Positions 18,956-28,951 of a DNA stretch of 64,000 nucleotides are shown here, piece after piece. Under the pieces are notes generated by a model that was not told the origin of the DNA, did not search any database, and saw only the letters and a program-made list of their open reading frames with translations. The stretch comes from Thermodesulfobacteriota bacterium (GTDB lineage: Bacteria; Desulfobacterota_D; UBA1144; Nemesobacterales; UBA2774). The stretch's first letter is position 1. Every line of letters starts with the position of its first letter. A program made the translations under genes and the position numbers. The stretch covers positions 2,603,484-2,667,483 of the forward strand of contig OZ244991.1 of the NCBI GenBank assembly GCA_965223335.1, written 5' to 3'.

Positions 18956-20905
18956 ATGAGTAAACATGATTTAAACGGTCTTCATGTTACCTCATTCGAG
19001 AGCAGAAGGGCCAAGGAAATAGAAAAGCTCATCAAGTATCACGGTGGTGTACCGCGCGTGGCACCCTCGATGCGCGAGGTTCCGCTCTCTGAATCCACCG
19101 AGGCCATAGAGTTTGGGACCAAGCTTATAGAAGGCAATATCGACATTGTGGTGTTTTTTACAGGTGTCGGCACCCGTGCACTCAGAGACGCAGTAATTAC
19201 AAAGTACCCCGAGGAAGAATTCTCTGAAGCGCTTAAAAAAGTGACAATTGTTGCCAGGGGCCCAAAACCAGTCTCAGCTCTGCGAGAGATGGGGCTTAAC
19301 CCGAACATAATGGTGCCCGAGCCCAACACTTGGCGCGATGTTTTAAGCGCCATAGATCTGGTCATCAACATCGAGAATAAACGAGTGGCAGTGCAAGAGT
19401 ACGGCATCACCAACGAGGAGTTCCTCGAGGGACTCAAATCCCGAGGCGCCGATGTCCTACCCGTTCCGGTCTATAAATGGGAGATGCCCGAAGACCTGAC
19501 ACCCCTTACAGATGCCATAGAATCCATTAGCAAAGGGAACGAAGACATAGCACTGTTTACGAGCTCTCAACAGGTTTACAACCTATTTCAAGTAGCCAAG
19601 GATCATAACATGGAAGAGGAGCTTCGAGCCGGGTTTAAAGATGTGTTGATCGGCTCAGTCGGCCCCACGACCACCGAAGCCCTATCCCGCTTTAACCTTA
19701 GCACCGATTACGAGCCCAACAGCCCAAAGATGGGGAATCTGCTGCTGGAAATTGCTCGTACCGGCCCCGGGCTGCTCAACAAAAAACGGATTGCCCATAC
19801 CAATAATATCGACACCTCGAACTGGCGACGTGTGGATATGGAGTGGACCAACAACACCAAGAAGTCTAGAAAGGACATAACGAAAGACTCCGTGTTTATG
19901 AAGGCCTGCCGCAGAGAAGAGGTGCCCTACACACCTGTTTGGCTCATGCGTCAAGCAGGCAGGTACATGAGGGAGTACCGAGATATACGCTCGAGGGTGT
20001 CGTTCCTCGAGCTTTGCAAGACCCCCGAGCTCGCTGCCGAGGTCACAATAAGCGCAGCCGAGAGGATTAAAGCCGACGCAGCAATAATATTTGCCGATAT
20101 CCTACTGATCCTAGAACCACTGGGGATAGATATAGAGTTCTCAAAGGGCCAAGGCCCCAAGATCTTAAACCCCATCACGGGCACGATCGACGTCGAGAAC
20201 CTGATAGAGTTCGACCCCGAGGCCCTAGATTATGTTTATAACTCATTAAGTATCACTCGCAGGGCACTAAATCCCGAGACTGCACTTATAGGTTTTGCAG
20301 GGGCACCGTTTACAATAGCATCCTATGCCATTGAGGGCGGGGGCTCGCGCAACTATGTTAATACCAAGACACTGATGTATAACGACCCGAGTGCATGGCA
20401 CCAACTCATGACGAAACTCACCGAGGCCACAGCCCAGTACCTAAACACTCAGATAAAAGCAGGCGCCGATGCTCTCCAGCTATTTGACAGTTGGGTCGGG
20501 TCCTTATCCCCCGATGATTATCAGGAATATGTACTGCCCCATATGAAAAAACTTTTGAAAAAAATTAAAAAAGGAGTGCCCGTAATCCACTTCGGCACCG
20601 CCACGGGTTCACTCCTTGAGATGATTAAAGAGACCGGGAGCCCGGTGATAGGGCTTGACTGGCGGGTGGATCTAAAAGAGGCTTGGCAGAGAATCGGTCA
20701 CGATGTCGCCGTCCAGGGCAACATAGACCCATTGGTACTCTTTTCCACACCCTCAGAGATTAGAAGCAGGGTACATTCAATACTCGACAAAGCCGAGGGT
20801 AGACCGGGCCATATTTTTAACCTCGGGCACGGTATACTGCCTAAAACCCCCGTAGAAAATGTATTTGCACTCATAGACGCTGTACACGAATTATCTGCAC
20901 GTTAG
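18956..20905 (+). CDS. hemE: Fused uroporphyrinogen-III synthase (HemD) / uroporphyrinogen decarboxylase (HemE)
   Basis: N-half: ESRRA, FTGVG, ARGPKP, VPVYKW, FTSS, SVGPTT (HemD). C-half: PVWLMRQAGRY, IIFADIL, GFAGAPFT, IFNLGHGI (HemE). Confidence 0.94.
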   Translation: MSKHDLNGLHVTSFESRRAKEIEKLIKYHGGVPRVAPSMREVPLSESTEAIEFGTKLIEGNIDIVVFFTGVGTRALRDAVITKYPEEEFSEALKKVTIVARGPKPVSALREMGLNPNIMVPEPNTWRDVLSAIDLVINIENKRVAVQEYGITNEEFLEGLKSRGADVLPVPVYKWEMPEDLTPLTDAIESISKGNEDIALFTSSQQVYNLFQVAKDHNMEEELRAGFKDVLIGSVGPTTTEALSRFNLSTDYEPNSPKMGNLLLEIARTGPGLLNKKRIAHTNNIDTSNWRRVDMEWTNNTKKSRKDITKDSVFMKACRREEVPYTPVWLMRQAGRYMREYRDIRSRVSFLELCKTPELAAEVTISAAERIKADAAIIFADILLILEPLGIDIEFSKGQGPKILNPITGTIDVENLIEFDPEALDYVYNSLSITRRALNPETALIGFAGAPFTIASYAIEGGGSRNYVNTKTLMYNDPSAWHQLMTKLTEATAQYLNTQIKAGADALQLFDSWVGSLSPDDYQEYVLPHMKKLLKKIKKGVPVIHFGTATGSLLEMIKETGSPVIGLDWRVDLKEAWQRIGHDVAVQGNIDPLVLFSTPSEIRSRVHSILDKAEGRPGHIFNLGHGILPKTPVENVFALIDAVHELSAR

Positions 20906-20940
20906 AACCACAAATCCCACTCAGTTAGAGGAGAAGAGGT

Positions 20941-21867
20941 ATGTCGACCCAATACGATGCTGTACTACTCATAGCATACGGCGGTCCTGAAACAATCGAG
21001 GACATACGCCCGTTTTTACGTAACGTGGCCCAGGCTCGCCCCATTCCCCAGGATCGTCTAGACGAGGTTGCACACCACTACGAGATGTTCGGCGGTTCCC
21101 CTATAAACGAACTCACCTACAAACAGGCCCGGGGCCTCAAAGACAAACTCGCACAGAGCGGACACGACCTGCCCGTATATGTAGGCATGCGCAACTGGCA
21201 CCCACTGTTTGCGGATGTCATAAAAGAGATGTCAGAAGCCGGGGTAAAAAAAGCGGTTGGAATGATAATGGCCGCCCACCAAAGCGATGCCAGTTGGCAG
21301 CGCTACCAACGTGAGATTGCCGAGGCCGTTGAGGATACGGGTGTGGAGATGGAGTTTGACTACTCCCCACCCCTTTTTGAGCACCCGCTTTTTATTGAGG
21401 ACTCGGCCGACCGTATCTCGGACTGTTTCGAGTACATAGACCAAAACGATCGTCCCGACACTATGATACTGTTTGCGGCACACAGCATCCCCGTGCCAAT
21501 GGCCGAGAACTCACCATATGTAGAGCAGCTCATGACGACCTCGAGGCTCATCGCCGAGAGACTCGGACACGACAAGTGGCAGCTCGTGTACCAGAGCCGA
21601 AGCGGGCGGCCCACCGACCCCTGGCTCGAGCCCGATATCTGCGATGTAATAGAGGAGTTGGGCAAAGAGGGTGTTAAAAACGTCATAGCACAGCCAATAG
21701 GGTTTCTATGCGACCATATAGAGGTCTTATTCGACATAGGTGTCGAGGCTATGGAAGCGGCAAAAGAGGCGGGAATAAATCTAAAACGCGCCAAAACGGT
21801 GAATGACGACCCCAAATTTATTGCTGCTATGGGAGACGCTGTACTAACGATGATGGATTCTGATTAA
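20941..21867 (+). CDS. hemH: Ferrochelatase
   Basis: YGGPE, GGSPIN, GMRNWHP, FAAHSIP, YQSRSG..WLEPD, GFLCDHIEVLFDI. Confidence 0.95.
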   Translation: MSTQYDAVLLIAYGGPETIEDIRPFLRNVAQARPIPQDRLDEVAHHYEMFGGSPINELTYKQARGLKDKLAQSGHDLPVYVGMRNWHPLFADVIKEMSEAGVKKAVGMIMAAHQSDASWQRYQREIAEAVEDTGVEMEFDYSPPLFEHPLFIEDSADRISDCFEYIDQNDRPDTMILFAAHSIPVPMAENSPYVEQLMTTSRLIAERLGHDKWQLVYQSRSGRPTDPWLEPDICDVIEELGKEGVKNVIAQPIGFLCDHIEVLFDIGVEAMEAAKEAGINLKRAKTVNDDPKFIAAMGDAVLTMMDSD

Positions 21868-21896
21868 TTCACCGACTGAGATCTTGGATTCGCAAG

Positions 21897-22367
21897 ATGC
21901 CGGCATACGAGTTCACCACAGTCTGGAAGACCGAGGCCCCGATCGAGCAGGTTTGGGAGCGGATTTACCACTCGGAGCGCTGGCCCAAGTGGTGGAGAGG
22001 GGTGCTCAGCGTAGAGGAACTTAAGGAGGGTGACGACCTTGGTGTCGGCAGCATAAAACGCTATGCGTGGAGGGGTATCTTACCCTATACACTCGTGTTT
22101 GATGTGGAAACAGTAGAAGTCCTGCCCCACAAAAAAATCGTAGGTAATGCGCTCGGTGACCTCGAGGGCCGGGGAGTATTTACGCTAAACGATGACAACG
22201 GGGTTGTAATCATGCGTTATGACTGGGGTGTGGACACAAACAAGAATTGGATGAACCTCATGGCCCCGCTCGCTCGTCCCCTATTCAAATGGAACCACGA
22301 TGTCATAATGCGCTCGGGTGCTGAGGGGCTCTCAAAAGTGCTTGACAGGGATGTATTTGAACTATAG
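21897..22367 (+). CDS. SRPBCC/polyketide cyclase family protein
   Basis: APIEQVW...WPKWW..V, FKWNHDVIM. Confidence 0.85.
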   Translation: MPAYEFTTVWKTEAPIEQVWERIYHSERWPKWWRGVLSVEELKEGDDLGVGSIKRYAWRGILPYTLVFDVETVEVLPHKKIVGNALGDLEGRGVFTLNDDNGVVIMRYDWGVDTNKNWMNLMAPLARPLFKWNHDVIMRSGAEGLSKVLDRDVFEL

Positions 22368-22397
22368 AGCAACTATAGTATACTCACCAACCTTGTT

Positions 22398-22832
22398 ATG
22401 CCTTGGTTCCAAACAGAGATCACACTTTCCGCAAAACCGCGGGGTTTCCACCTGGTCACGAGGGAAATAATCTCCCAGCTGCCTGAAATCGCAGACATTG
22501 AGACAGGTATTTTGCACGTCTTCATATGCCACACCTCGGCATCACTCACTCTAAACGAAAACGCGTCACCCGATGTGCTTAGGGACTTCGAGAGCCATTT
22601 CAACAACTATGTGCCCGAGAACGCACCCTATTATACTCACACCATTGAGGGCCCTGACGACATGCCCGCACATATAAAGGCATCTATGATGGGCAGCTCC
22701 CTCTCACTACCTATCACCAACGGTGCTCTCAACATTGGTATTTGGCAAGGCATTTACCTATGCGAGCACAGAAATAACGGCGGGGCCAGGAACTTGATCA
22801 TCACGATCTTCGGTCAAAATAACACCGCTTAA
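22398..22832 (+). CDS. yjbQ: YjbQ family (secondary thiamine-phosphate synthase)
   Basis: HTSASLTLNENA, EGPDDMPAHIK, GIWQGIYLCEHR. Confidence 0.93.
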   Translation: MPWFQTEITLSAKPRGFHLVTREIISQLPEIADIETGILHVFICHTSASLTLNENASPDVLRDFESHFNNYVPENAPYYTHTIEGPDDMPAHIKASMMGSSLSLPITNGALNIGIWQGIYLCEHRNNGGARNLIITIFGQNNTA

Positions 22833-22923
22833 TACACTCATTCAATACCAAAACTATTTGTTTAATATTTAATATTCCCCTATAATAAGATTAGAATTCA
22901 TCAAATGATAACGGCTGAACCTT

Positions 22924-23361
22924 ATGTCGATAGATACAAGGTCAAACCGGGGCCTAGAGGATGTAGACAGCTTTATTGCGAGCCTTCCCCAAAAGGCCGA
23001 TAATTTTGTTGCTTTCTGCCATGATATTGCCGACATTGATCTTGATTACACACCCGAATCAATATTCAATCTAGACAGCCTTATCTCTCAGCTATGGTCA
23101 AGCGAACCACCCTATTGGGAAGAGGGTATAGTACTTTTGGTGGGGGCCTACATGGGTGAAACAATTAGAAAAACTCATGGAGGGACTTGGCAATATAATG
23201 AAGGAGACGGCATTACCCTGTCAACGATAAATAATACCAACTATAGCTTCTCTCCGTTTGACAAAATCAGAGACCGGTTGAATATCCAGGACCCCAAACT
23301 GCTAAACAGCTACTATCGCGAATTGCTTAGGATCTTAGAGCTCGAGAACAAATTAAAATAA
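22924..23361 (+). CDS. Hypothetical protein (DUF3806-like helical family)
   Basis: LDYTPESI..LD and GAYMGETIR...GGTW...SPFDKI pattern. Confidence 0.65.
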   Translation: MSIDTRSNRGLEDVDSFIASLPQKADNFVAFCHDIADIDLDYTPESIFNLDSLISQLWSSEPPYWEEGIVLLVGAYMGETIRKTHGGTWQYNEGDGITLSTINNTNYSFSPFDKIRDRLNIQDPKLLNSYYRELLRILELENKLK

Positions 23362-23378
23362 CAACCTGCTAGATTAAT

Positions 23379-23729
23379 TTATGCGGAATGCACATCATTT
23401 AATATGTCTTCCAGCCTTGGCAGCACCACTGCCAGGTCTTCCGTGATAAATCTCCACACATCAGTCAAATCGATCTCTTGAATATTATTTGTTATATCAT
23501 CCTTTAATCTCTCGAATTTATCCCAATCCACATCATCATACTTCTCTTTTACCTCTGGTGTGATCTGACTGCACGACTCGCCTATTACCAATATATTCCA
23601 GAGCACCGCATCCACAAGTATCTCGTTCCTCGCAAACCTCTCGAATACAAGGGTCTCTATATACTGAGAGATCATATCCATCGACCTATGTATTTTTCGG
23701 ATCAGAACGACCGGCGGCAGTTCACTCAT
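23379..23729 (-). CDS. HEPN/DUF86 (HepT-like) protein lacking the RxxxxH motif
   Basis: DAVLWNILVIGE...PEVKEKYDDVDW...ID...VW...DL matches DUF86; catalytic motif absent. Confidence 0.8.
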   Translation of the reverse strand: MSELPPVVLIRKIHRSMDMISQYIETLVFERFARNEILVDAVLWNILVIGESCSQITPEVKEKYDDVDWDKFERLKDDITNNIQEIDLTDVWRFITEDLAVVLPRLEDILNDVHSA

Positions 23730-23916
23730 CTCTTAAAAACTCCTTATGTTAAAAACAACAAATACACCTACCCCAGGTACAATTCCCATAGCTAGACTGT
23801 CTATATCATCCCATATATACCGCCCCTTAGCTAGCGAGAATTAAATTATTTTTATTCCCCCCGCTCTATATGTACACTTTAATTAATCAACGGCATATAA
23901 ACTTGGAGCTCACACA

Positions 23917-24759
23917 ATGCAATTAACTACAATCAGATCGATTATTGTTTTGGCACTAACTTGGGCTGTTTTAGGGTGTGTATCCTCCGCTGCTAACCCG
24001 AGCTGCCCATCATGCAATAAAGAGTCTATAAAATTAGGTAAATGGAGCGAGTCCGAGCTCAATTCCGTGATATACGATTCATCCAAACTCGACTCCGAGG
24101 CAGCCAAGATCCGCTACCTGTCTAACCAATTGCTGGACACTCCTTATCTAGAACACACTCTCATAGGCAGTGCGGATACACCCGAGGTCTTCACCATAAA
24201 CCTAGAGGGCATGGACTGTTTCACATATCTCGACTATGTAGAATCCATGAGGCTATCAAGCTCCTTCCCCGAATCAAAACAGGTGCTGAAAAAGATTCGG
24301 TATCGTGACGGGAAAGTTGAGTTCACTAAACGCAATCATTTTTTTACAGACTGGGCAGTGTATAACTCCGACAAGGTCATAGATATTACAAGCAATATAA
24401 GCAGCAAGAATGCAGTTAGGGTCAAAAAAAATCTCAACCGTAAAGCCGACGGCACAGTATATCTGCCGGGGATACCGGTAGAGGCAAGAGAGATATCATA
24501 CGTCCCGACCTCAGCAATCGATGCTGAATTATTAAAAAGCTTAAAGACCGGTGACTATGTCGGTATCTATACGGATCTTCAGGGCCTAGACGTAAGCCAT
24601 ACAGGGATCATAGTTAAAAAAAATGACGAGATCTTTATACGCCACGCATCATCACGCAAGATCAACAGACGTGTTGTAGATGAAAATTTCGAGAACTACA
24701 TTCAAAACAAACCGGGTTTCATTGTATTGAGACCAATCGGTACATCCAACAAACGATGA
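23917..24759 (+). CDS. DUF1460 / N-acetylmuramoyl-L-alanine amidase-like (NlpC/P60 fold) lipoprotein
   Basis: LLDTPY, LEGMDCFTYLDYV, RNHFFTDW, GLDVSHTG, RHASS. Confidence 0.88.
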   Translation: MQLTTIRSIIVLALTWAVLGCVSSAANPSCPSCNKESIKLGKWSESELNSVIYDSSKLDSEAAKIRYLSNQLLDTPYLEHTLIGSADTPEVFTINLEGMDCFTYLDYVESMRLSSSFPESKQVLKKIRYRDGKVEFTKRNHFFTDWAVYNSDKVIDITSNISSKNAVRVKKNLNRKADGTVYLPGIPVEAREISYVPTSAIDAELLKSLKTGDYVGIYTDLQGLDVSHTGIIVKKNDEIFIRHASSRKINRRVVDENFENYIQNKPGFIVLRPIGTSNKR

Positions 24760-24771
24760 GGAGACTCGGCA

Positions 24772-25446
24772 GTGACTCCTGAGGATTATGTTTTAGAGGC
24801 AACAGACCACTATTACAGGGGCGATTACAAAAGCGCTATAGGCTCATTGGATAAGGCGATAGAGCTAAAACCCGACTTTGCCCAAGCATGGTATAACCGT
24901 GGGCTCACACTCTCGGTGCTCGGGCAATACGAGGACGAGATCAAGTCATATGACCGCGCAATAGAGCTTAAGCCCGATTACGCAGAGGCATGGAACAACA
25001 AAGCATCTGCTCTCGGGAAACTGGCGAAATACAGCGATTCACTCGATGCCTCGGAAAAAGCCATAGAGCTAAGGCCCTCTTTTCCCATAGCATGGTGTAA
25101 CAAAGGTGCCGCACTAAGTGCAATGGAACGCGATAAAGAAGCTGTGACAGCATACGATCGCGCAATTGAGCTTGAGCCCTCTTACCTCGAGGCCTGGTAC
25201 AATAAAGCACTCTCCTTACATAACCTAGACAAACCCAATAGCGCTCTAAAAGCTTACTCGAAAGCCATCGAGCTTAACCCCGAGTTCCCCGAAGCCTACT
25301 ACAACAGGGCATGCCTTAGGCTCGCAATGAACGACTCCACAAACGCGCTTGTAGACATCCAAAGAGCCATCGAACTCGACCCCGCCTACAAAGACCGTGC
25401 CCTTACGGATGAAGCCTTGTCGCAACTCACCGATGCAATTGGATGA
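24772..25446 (+). CDS. Tetratricopeptide repeat protein
   Basis: About six 34-aa repeats, e.g. YDRAIELKPDYAEAWNNK. Confidence 0.92.
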   Translation: MTPEDYVLEATDHYYRGDYKSAIGSLDKAIELKPDFAQAWYNRGLTLSVLGQYEDEIKSYDRAIELKPDYAEAWNNKASALGKLAKYSDSLDASEKAIELRPSFPIAWCNKGAALSAMERDKEAVTAYDRAIELEPSYLEAWYNKALSLHNLDKPNSALKAYSKAIELNPEFPEAYYNRACLRLAMNDSTNALVDIQRAIELDPAYKDRALTDEALSQLTDAIG

Positions 25447-25512
25447 TTTAATCCTACTCTCATAAGCACAGCTCATACAGGATTGCTCCTTTGGATGTTA
25501 GAATATTTATAG

Positions 25513-27108
25513 ATGGATACGTTCTATCTTGTAATTCAGCTTGCCGGGGGGATCGGTATCTTCCTCCTTGGCATGATAGTCCTAACAGAGGGACTACGCT
25601 CACTAGCGGGCAATACCATCCGCTCCACACTCATGCGGTTTACCAAAAGCCCCGCAACAGGGGCTGTGACCGGGGCTGTGAGCACGGCCATACTGCAATC
25701 CTCGAGCGCTACCACTGTAACTGCAGTGGGTTTCGTAAGTGCCCAGCTTATGACATTCCCCGAAGCACTCGGGATCATATTCGGCGCAAATATCGGTACT
25801 ACGTTTAAAGGCTGGGTAATAGCGATCCTGGGGTTTAAGCTCAATCTAGGCAGCATCTTCCTCCCCATAGTGTTTATAGGTGCAATCCTACGACTGTTTA
25901 CCAAGGGCAAGCTCGCCACTGTGGGATACACGATTGCAGGGTTCGGTCTAATATTTATCGGGATTGCCTACATGCAGGAGTCCATGAGTGCCATGCAGGG
26001 GGTAATCTCATTTGATAACCTCCCGGCAGACACAATTACAGGCCGTGTGCTTTTGCTGGGTATGGGTATTCTATTTACTGTAATAACCCAGTCCTCAAGT
26101 GCCGGGGTCGTGGCGGCTCTGACAGCACTCTATGCCGACTTAATCAATTTCAACCAGGCCGCCACACTCGTGATCGGCATGGATATCGGCACCACTATGA
26201 CAGCAGCCATGGCCACAATCGGCGGCTCGACGGGGGCAAAACGAACCGGGTTCTCGCATGTCGTATACAACCTCTTGACGGCAATGCTAGCGCTCCTGCT
26301 TGTAAGTCCTTACGCAAGACTGTGGGAGGCCATCTCTCCCGGTTCTCTGATAAATAACGCCGAGATCGCTTTGGTAGCTTTCCACACTATGTTCAACACA
26401 TTGGGTGTGATCCTGATAATCCCGTTTGCCAAGCAGTTCGCCAACATGATGATGTGGCTTATCCCTGACAAGGTCTCGGTCTACACTGAGAAACTGGACG
26501 AATCATTACTCGAAGACCCCGATCTCGCACTCACCGCAGCGCAAACCACCATTAAAAAAATCTCCCTTGCGCTCTTTTCACATGTGAGTGCGATTCTAGG
26601 TGATAACCTCAACGGCCACAGAGTCGACCTTGAAGAGCTCCAAGAGGCTCTAAACGACACTCAGTCCTTTGTGGACCGCATCCATTTGGACTCCGAGGAC
26701 GGGGCTAAATGGGAGCGTCTGGTGCAATTAATCCACACGCTTGACCACCTACAGAGGCTTCACGAACGCTGCGAGGAGGACGAGGATCGGGCCATGACCG
26801 TCACAGGCAGGGCCGGCCTCCTGTCCGAGCGCGATCTGCTTGTGGAAACAGTTAAAAAAGTGACCTCAAGCATCATTGACAGCAACTGGCCCAAGGCCGC
26901 AGCCGATTCCCAACACACATCCTCGCAACTTCACAAAAGAGTAAAACCCTACCGCAGCGAAGTCATGTCCAGCATCGCAAGCGGAGAGATTGATGTGAAC
27001 ACCGGCACCCAGCGTCTAGAGGCCATCAGGTGGCTAAGACGCGTGGGAAAACACATTGCCCGGATCACCATGCATTTCGAAAAATCAATATTAGCCGCCG
27101 GCACATAA
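25513..27108 (+). CDS. Na/Pi cotransporter family protein
   Basis: Two QSSS motifs with GANIGTT and GMDIGTT; PhoU-like helical C-terminus. Confidence 0.92.
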   Translation: MDTFYLVIQLAGGIGIFLLGMIVLTEGLRSLAGNTIRSTLMRFTKSPATGAVTGAVSTAILQSSSATTVTAVGFVSAQLMTFPEALGIIFGANIGTTFKGWVIAILGFKLNLGSIFLPIVFIGAILRLFTKGKLATVGYTIAGFGLIFIGIAYMQESMSAMQGVISFDNLPADTITGRVLLLGMGILFTVITQSSSAGVVAALTALYADLINFNQAATLVIGMDIGTTMTAAMATIGGSTGAKRTGFSHVVYNLLTAMLALLLVSPYARLWEAISPGSLINNAEIALVAFHTMFNTLGVILIIPFAKQFANMMMWLIPDKVSVYTEKLDESLLEDPDLALTAAQTTIKKISLALFSHVSAILGDNLNGHRVDLEELQEALNDTQSFVDRIHLDSEDGAKWERLVQLIHTLDHLQRLHERCEEDEDRAMTVTGRAGLLSERDLLVETVKKVTSSIIDSNWPKAAADSQHTSSQLHKRVKPYRSEVMSSIASGEIDVNTGTQRLEAIRWLRRVGKHIARITMHFEKSILAAGT

Positions 27109-27453
27109 AACCTAGCTTTTTATCACACGGTTCCCCCTCCTCTCTGACCATATATTATTGCGCTAAGTCCGGATTTGTTCGAAGACGTTTTGTATATAGT
27201 AGTGGGTCTATACATGAAATATACAACCAGCGTATTCGATCTGTCTTTGATCAAGGGCAACCCGCCGCCGCAATTGAAGACAGGTGGACTTTTCATTGAC
27301 AGCTCATGCAGTTCCGATGCTTAGGGATTTTGATTATAAACTCTTTAGAGTCTAATAGCATAGCGCCACCTCTACCCCAACAATTCCTATTAATTTCAGC
27401 AATATAATGTTAATCTAATCCTTCCTGCTTATCATATAAGACGGAGGCAAAAC

Positions 27454-27888
27454 ATGGGACTTAGTGTAAAAGAATTAACAAACCTTACCAAAGAAACCAC
27501 CAAGGCAAGACATAGCGCAGACAACCTGCTCGACTTTGCCGACCTAATTAACAACGACATAGAAAGCTTGGGCGAGGGCCTTGTAGCCGACATCGAAAAA
27601 ATCAAGGAGCTCGCCGACCAAGCCGGAAAACATGTTGATAACATTCGCAATCTGATCGAAGACGAGTTAAACAAAATTCCGACCGACGAAGAAGAGGTTA
27701 AAGATGCCGCAAACCGCCTTCTTTTATACCACGGCGATATTCACCAGGTCATATCCTGGGCAGACACTCAGAAGTCGAACCACAGAGAAAATTCATACTG
27801 GTGGCGCTACTGGACCGGGGTACTCGAACAGATCATGCAGATCGAAGTTGAGAAACGAGAGCAAGCATCCCAGCAGCCCGCCGAGTAA
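27454..27888 (+). CDS. Hypothetical coiled-coil protein
   Basis: SD GGAGG; 144-aa helical ORF with a YWWRYW block. Confidence 0.7.
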   Translation: MGLSVKELTNLTKETTKARHSADNLLDFADLINNDIESLGEGLVADIEKIKELADQAGKHVDNIRNLIEDELNKIPTDEEEVKDAANRLLLYHGDIHQVISWADTQKSNHRENSYWWRYWTGVLEQIMQIEVEKREQASQQPAE

Positions 27889-27920
27889 TTTTTCAAGAAT
27901 TTTCATGGAAATAGATCCTA

Positions 27921-28832
27921 TTACCGCTTATACCTAGAGAGTATTTCGTTGCCCAATACTCGGATAATCTCGAATATTTCCTCTATGCTATCCACCTGGG
28001 GGTCAAATACTAGGTGTGTAACACCTATGTTTTTGTAGTCCTCCACATAGCCGGCTATGGTCTCGATGTCCCCCATAAATGTAAACAAACTCTGCCCATT
28101 TATCTCATCCGGTTCCGGCACGTCTTTAGGATCATTGTATATCCTCACTCTGTTTCTCGTAGAATAAACAAAGCCCTCCATGTCCCTGCCCCGCTCGCGG
28201 GCCAATCTTTCTAAATTGCGTATACCCTCTTGCATGTCCCGGGGACTAATGCCGGTGGGCTGCCAGCCATCTCCATGTACCGCTGCCCTCTCCACTGCCT
28301 TATCACTCCCCCCGCCGATCCATATTGGCAGTTCCGTTTGCTCGGGTTTCGGCAAAAAGCTTATGTTATCAAACCCGACGTACTGCCCGTTGAAACTCGG
28401 CCGGTCATTTTCCCAAAGCTCCCTAATGGCTTCTATATATTCGTCTGTCCTCTTACCCCTTTCTCCAAATGGCACGCCTAGGGCCGAAAACTCTTCGCGC
28501 ATCCAGCCCGGCCCCACTCCGAATATCACCCTACCCCCCGACAACACATCGAGCGTGGCCGCCATCTTGGCCACCACCACTGGGTTTCTATACGGGAGAA
28601 TAATCAAACTGGTCCCAAGCCTTATCTTTTCTGTATTTGCCGCAATTCCCGAGAGAAGCACAAATGGATCGTAAAAAACCTCGCTGAATGTCCCGGCATG
28701 TTTGCTCGGAACCACCACGTGGTCACTCACCCATATGGAATCAAAACCCGACTGCTCAGCCCTCCTGGCAATCTCGAGATTATCTTGTATAGAAACACTC
28801 AACCTTATCGGGATGCAAAAACCGAATTTCAT
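27921..28832 (-). CDS. LLM-class, probably F420-dependent, oxidoreductase
   Basis: GFDSIWVSDHVV, YDPFVLL, AKMAATLDVLSGGR, PIWIGG. Start moved to MKFGF (SD GAGGTG). Confidence 0.9.
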   Translation of the reverse strand: MKFGFCIPIRLSVSIQDNLEIARRAEQSGFDSIWVSDHVVVPSKHAGTFSEVFYDPFVLLSGIAANTEKIRLGTSLIILPYRNPVVVAKMAATLDVLSGGRVIFGVGPGWMREEFSALGVPFGERGKRTDEYIEAIRELWENDRPSFNGQYVGFDNISFLPKPEQTELPIWIGGGSDKAVERAAVHGDGWQPTGISPRDMQEGIRNLERLARERGRDMEGFVYSTRNRVRIYNDPKDVPEPDEINGQSLFTFMGDIETIAGYVEDYKNIGVTHLVFDPQVDSIEEIFEIIRVLGNEILSRYKR

Positions 28833-28951
28833 TACACACACCTCTATGTGATCGGCATTAAAGCATAGCAAAAATGAAACTACTCGCAAGGACTACGGAT
28901 ACTCGAATTATAGGCTAAATAAATTCCTATAAGGTTTGGGGAGCTCAATGA

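Noticed and set aside
24772..25446. 102-bp periodic DNA similarity
   Set aside because: Fully explained by the 34-aa TPR protein repeats.
27066..27362. Minus-strand SD + ATG ORF with in-frame TGA codons (possible selenoprotein or small gene)
   Set aside because: No SECIS-like hairpin or redox motif at the TGAs and no recognisable protein; more likely a remnant or noise.
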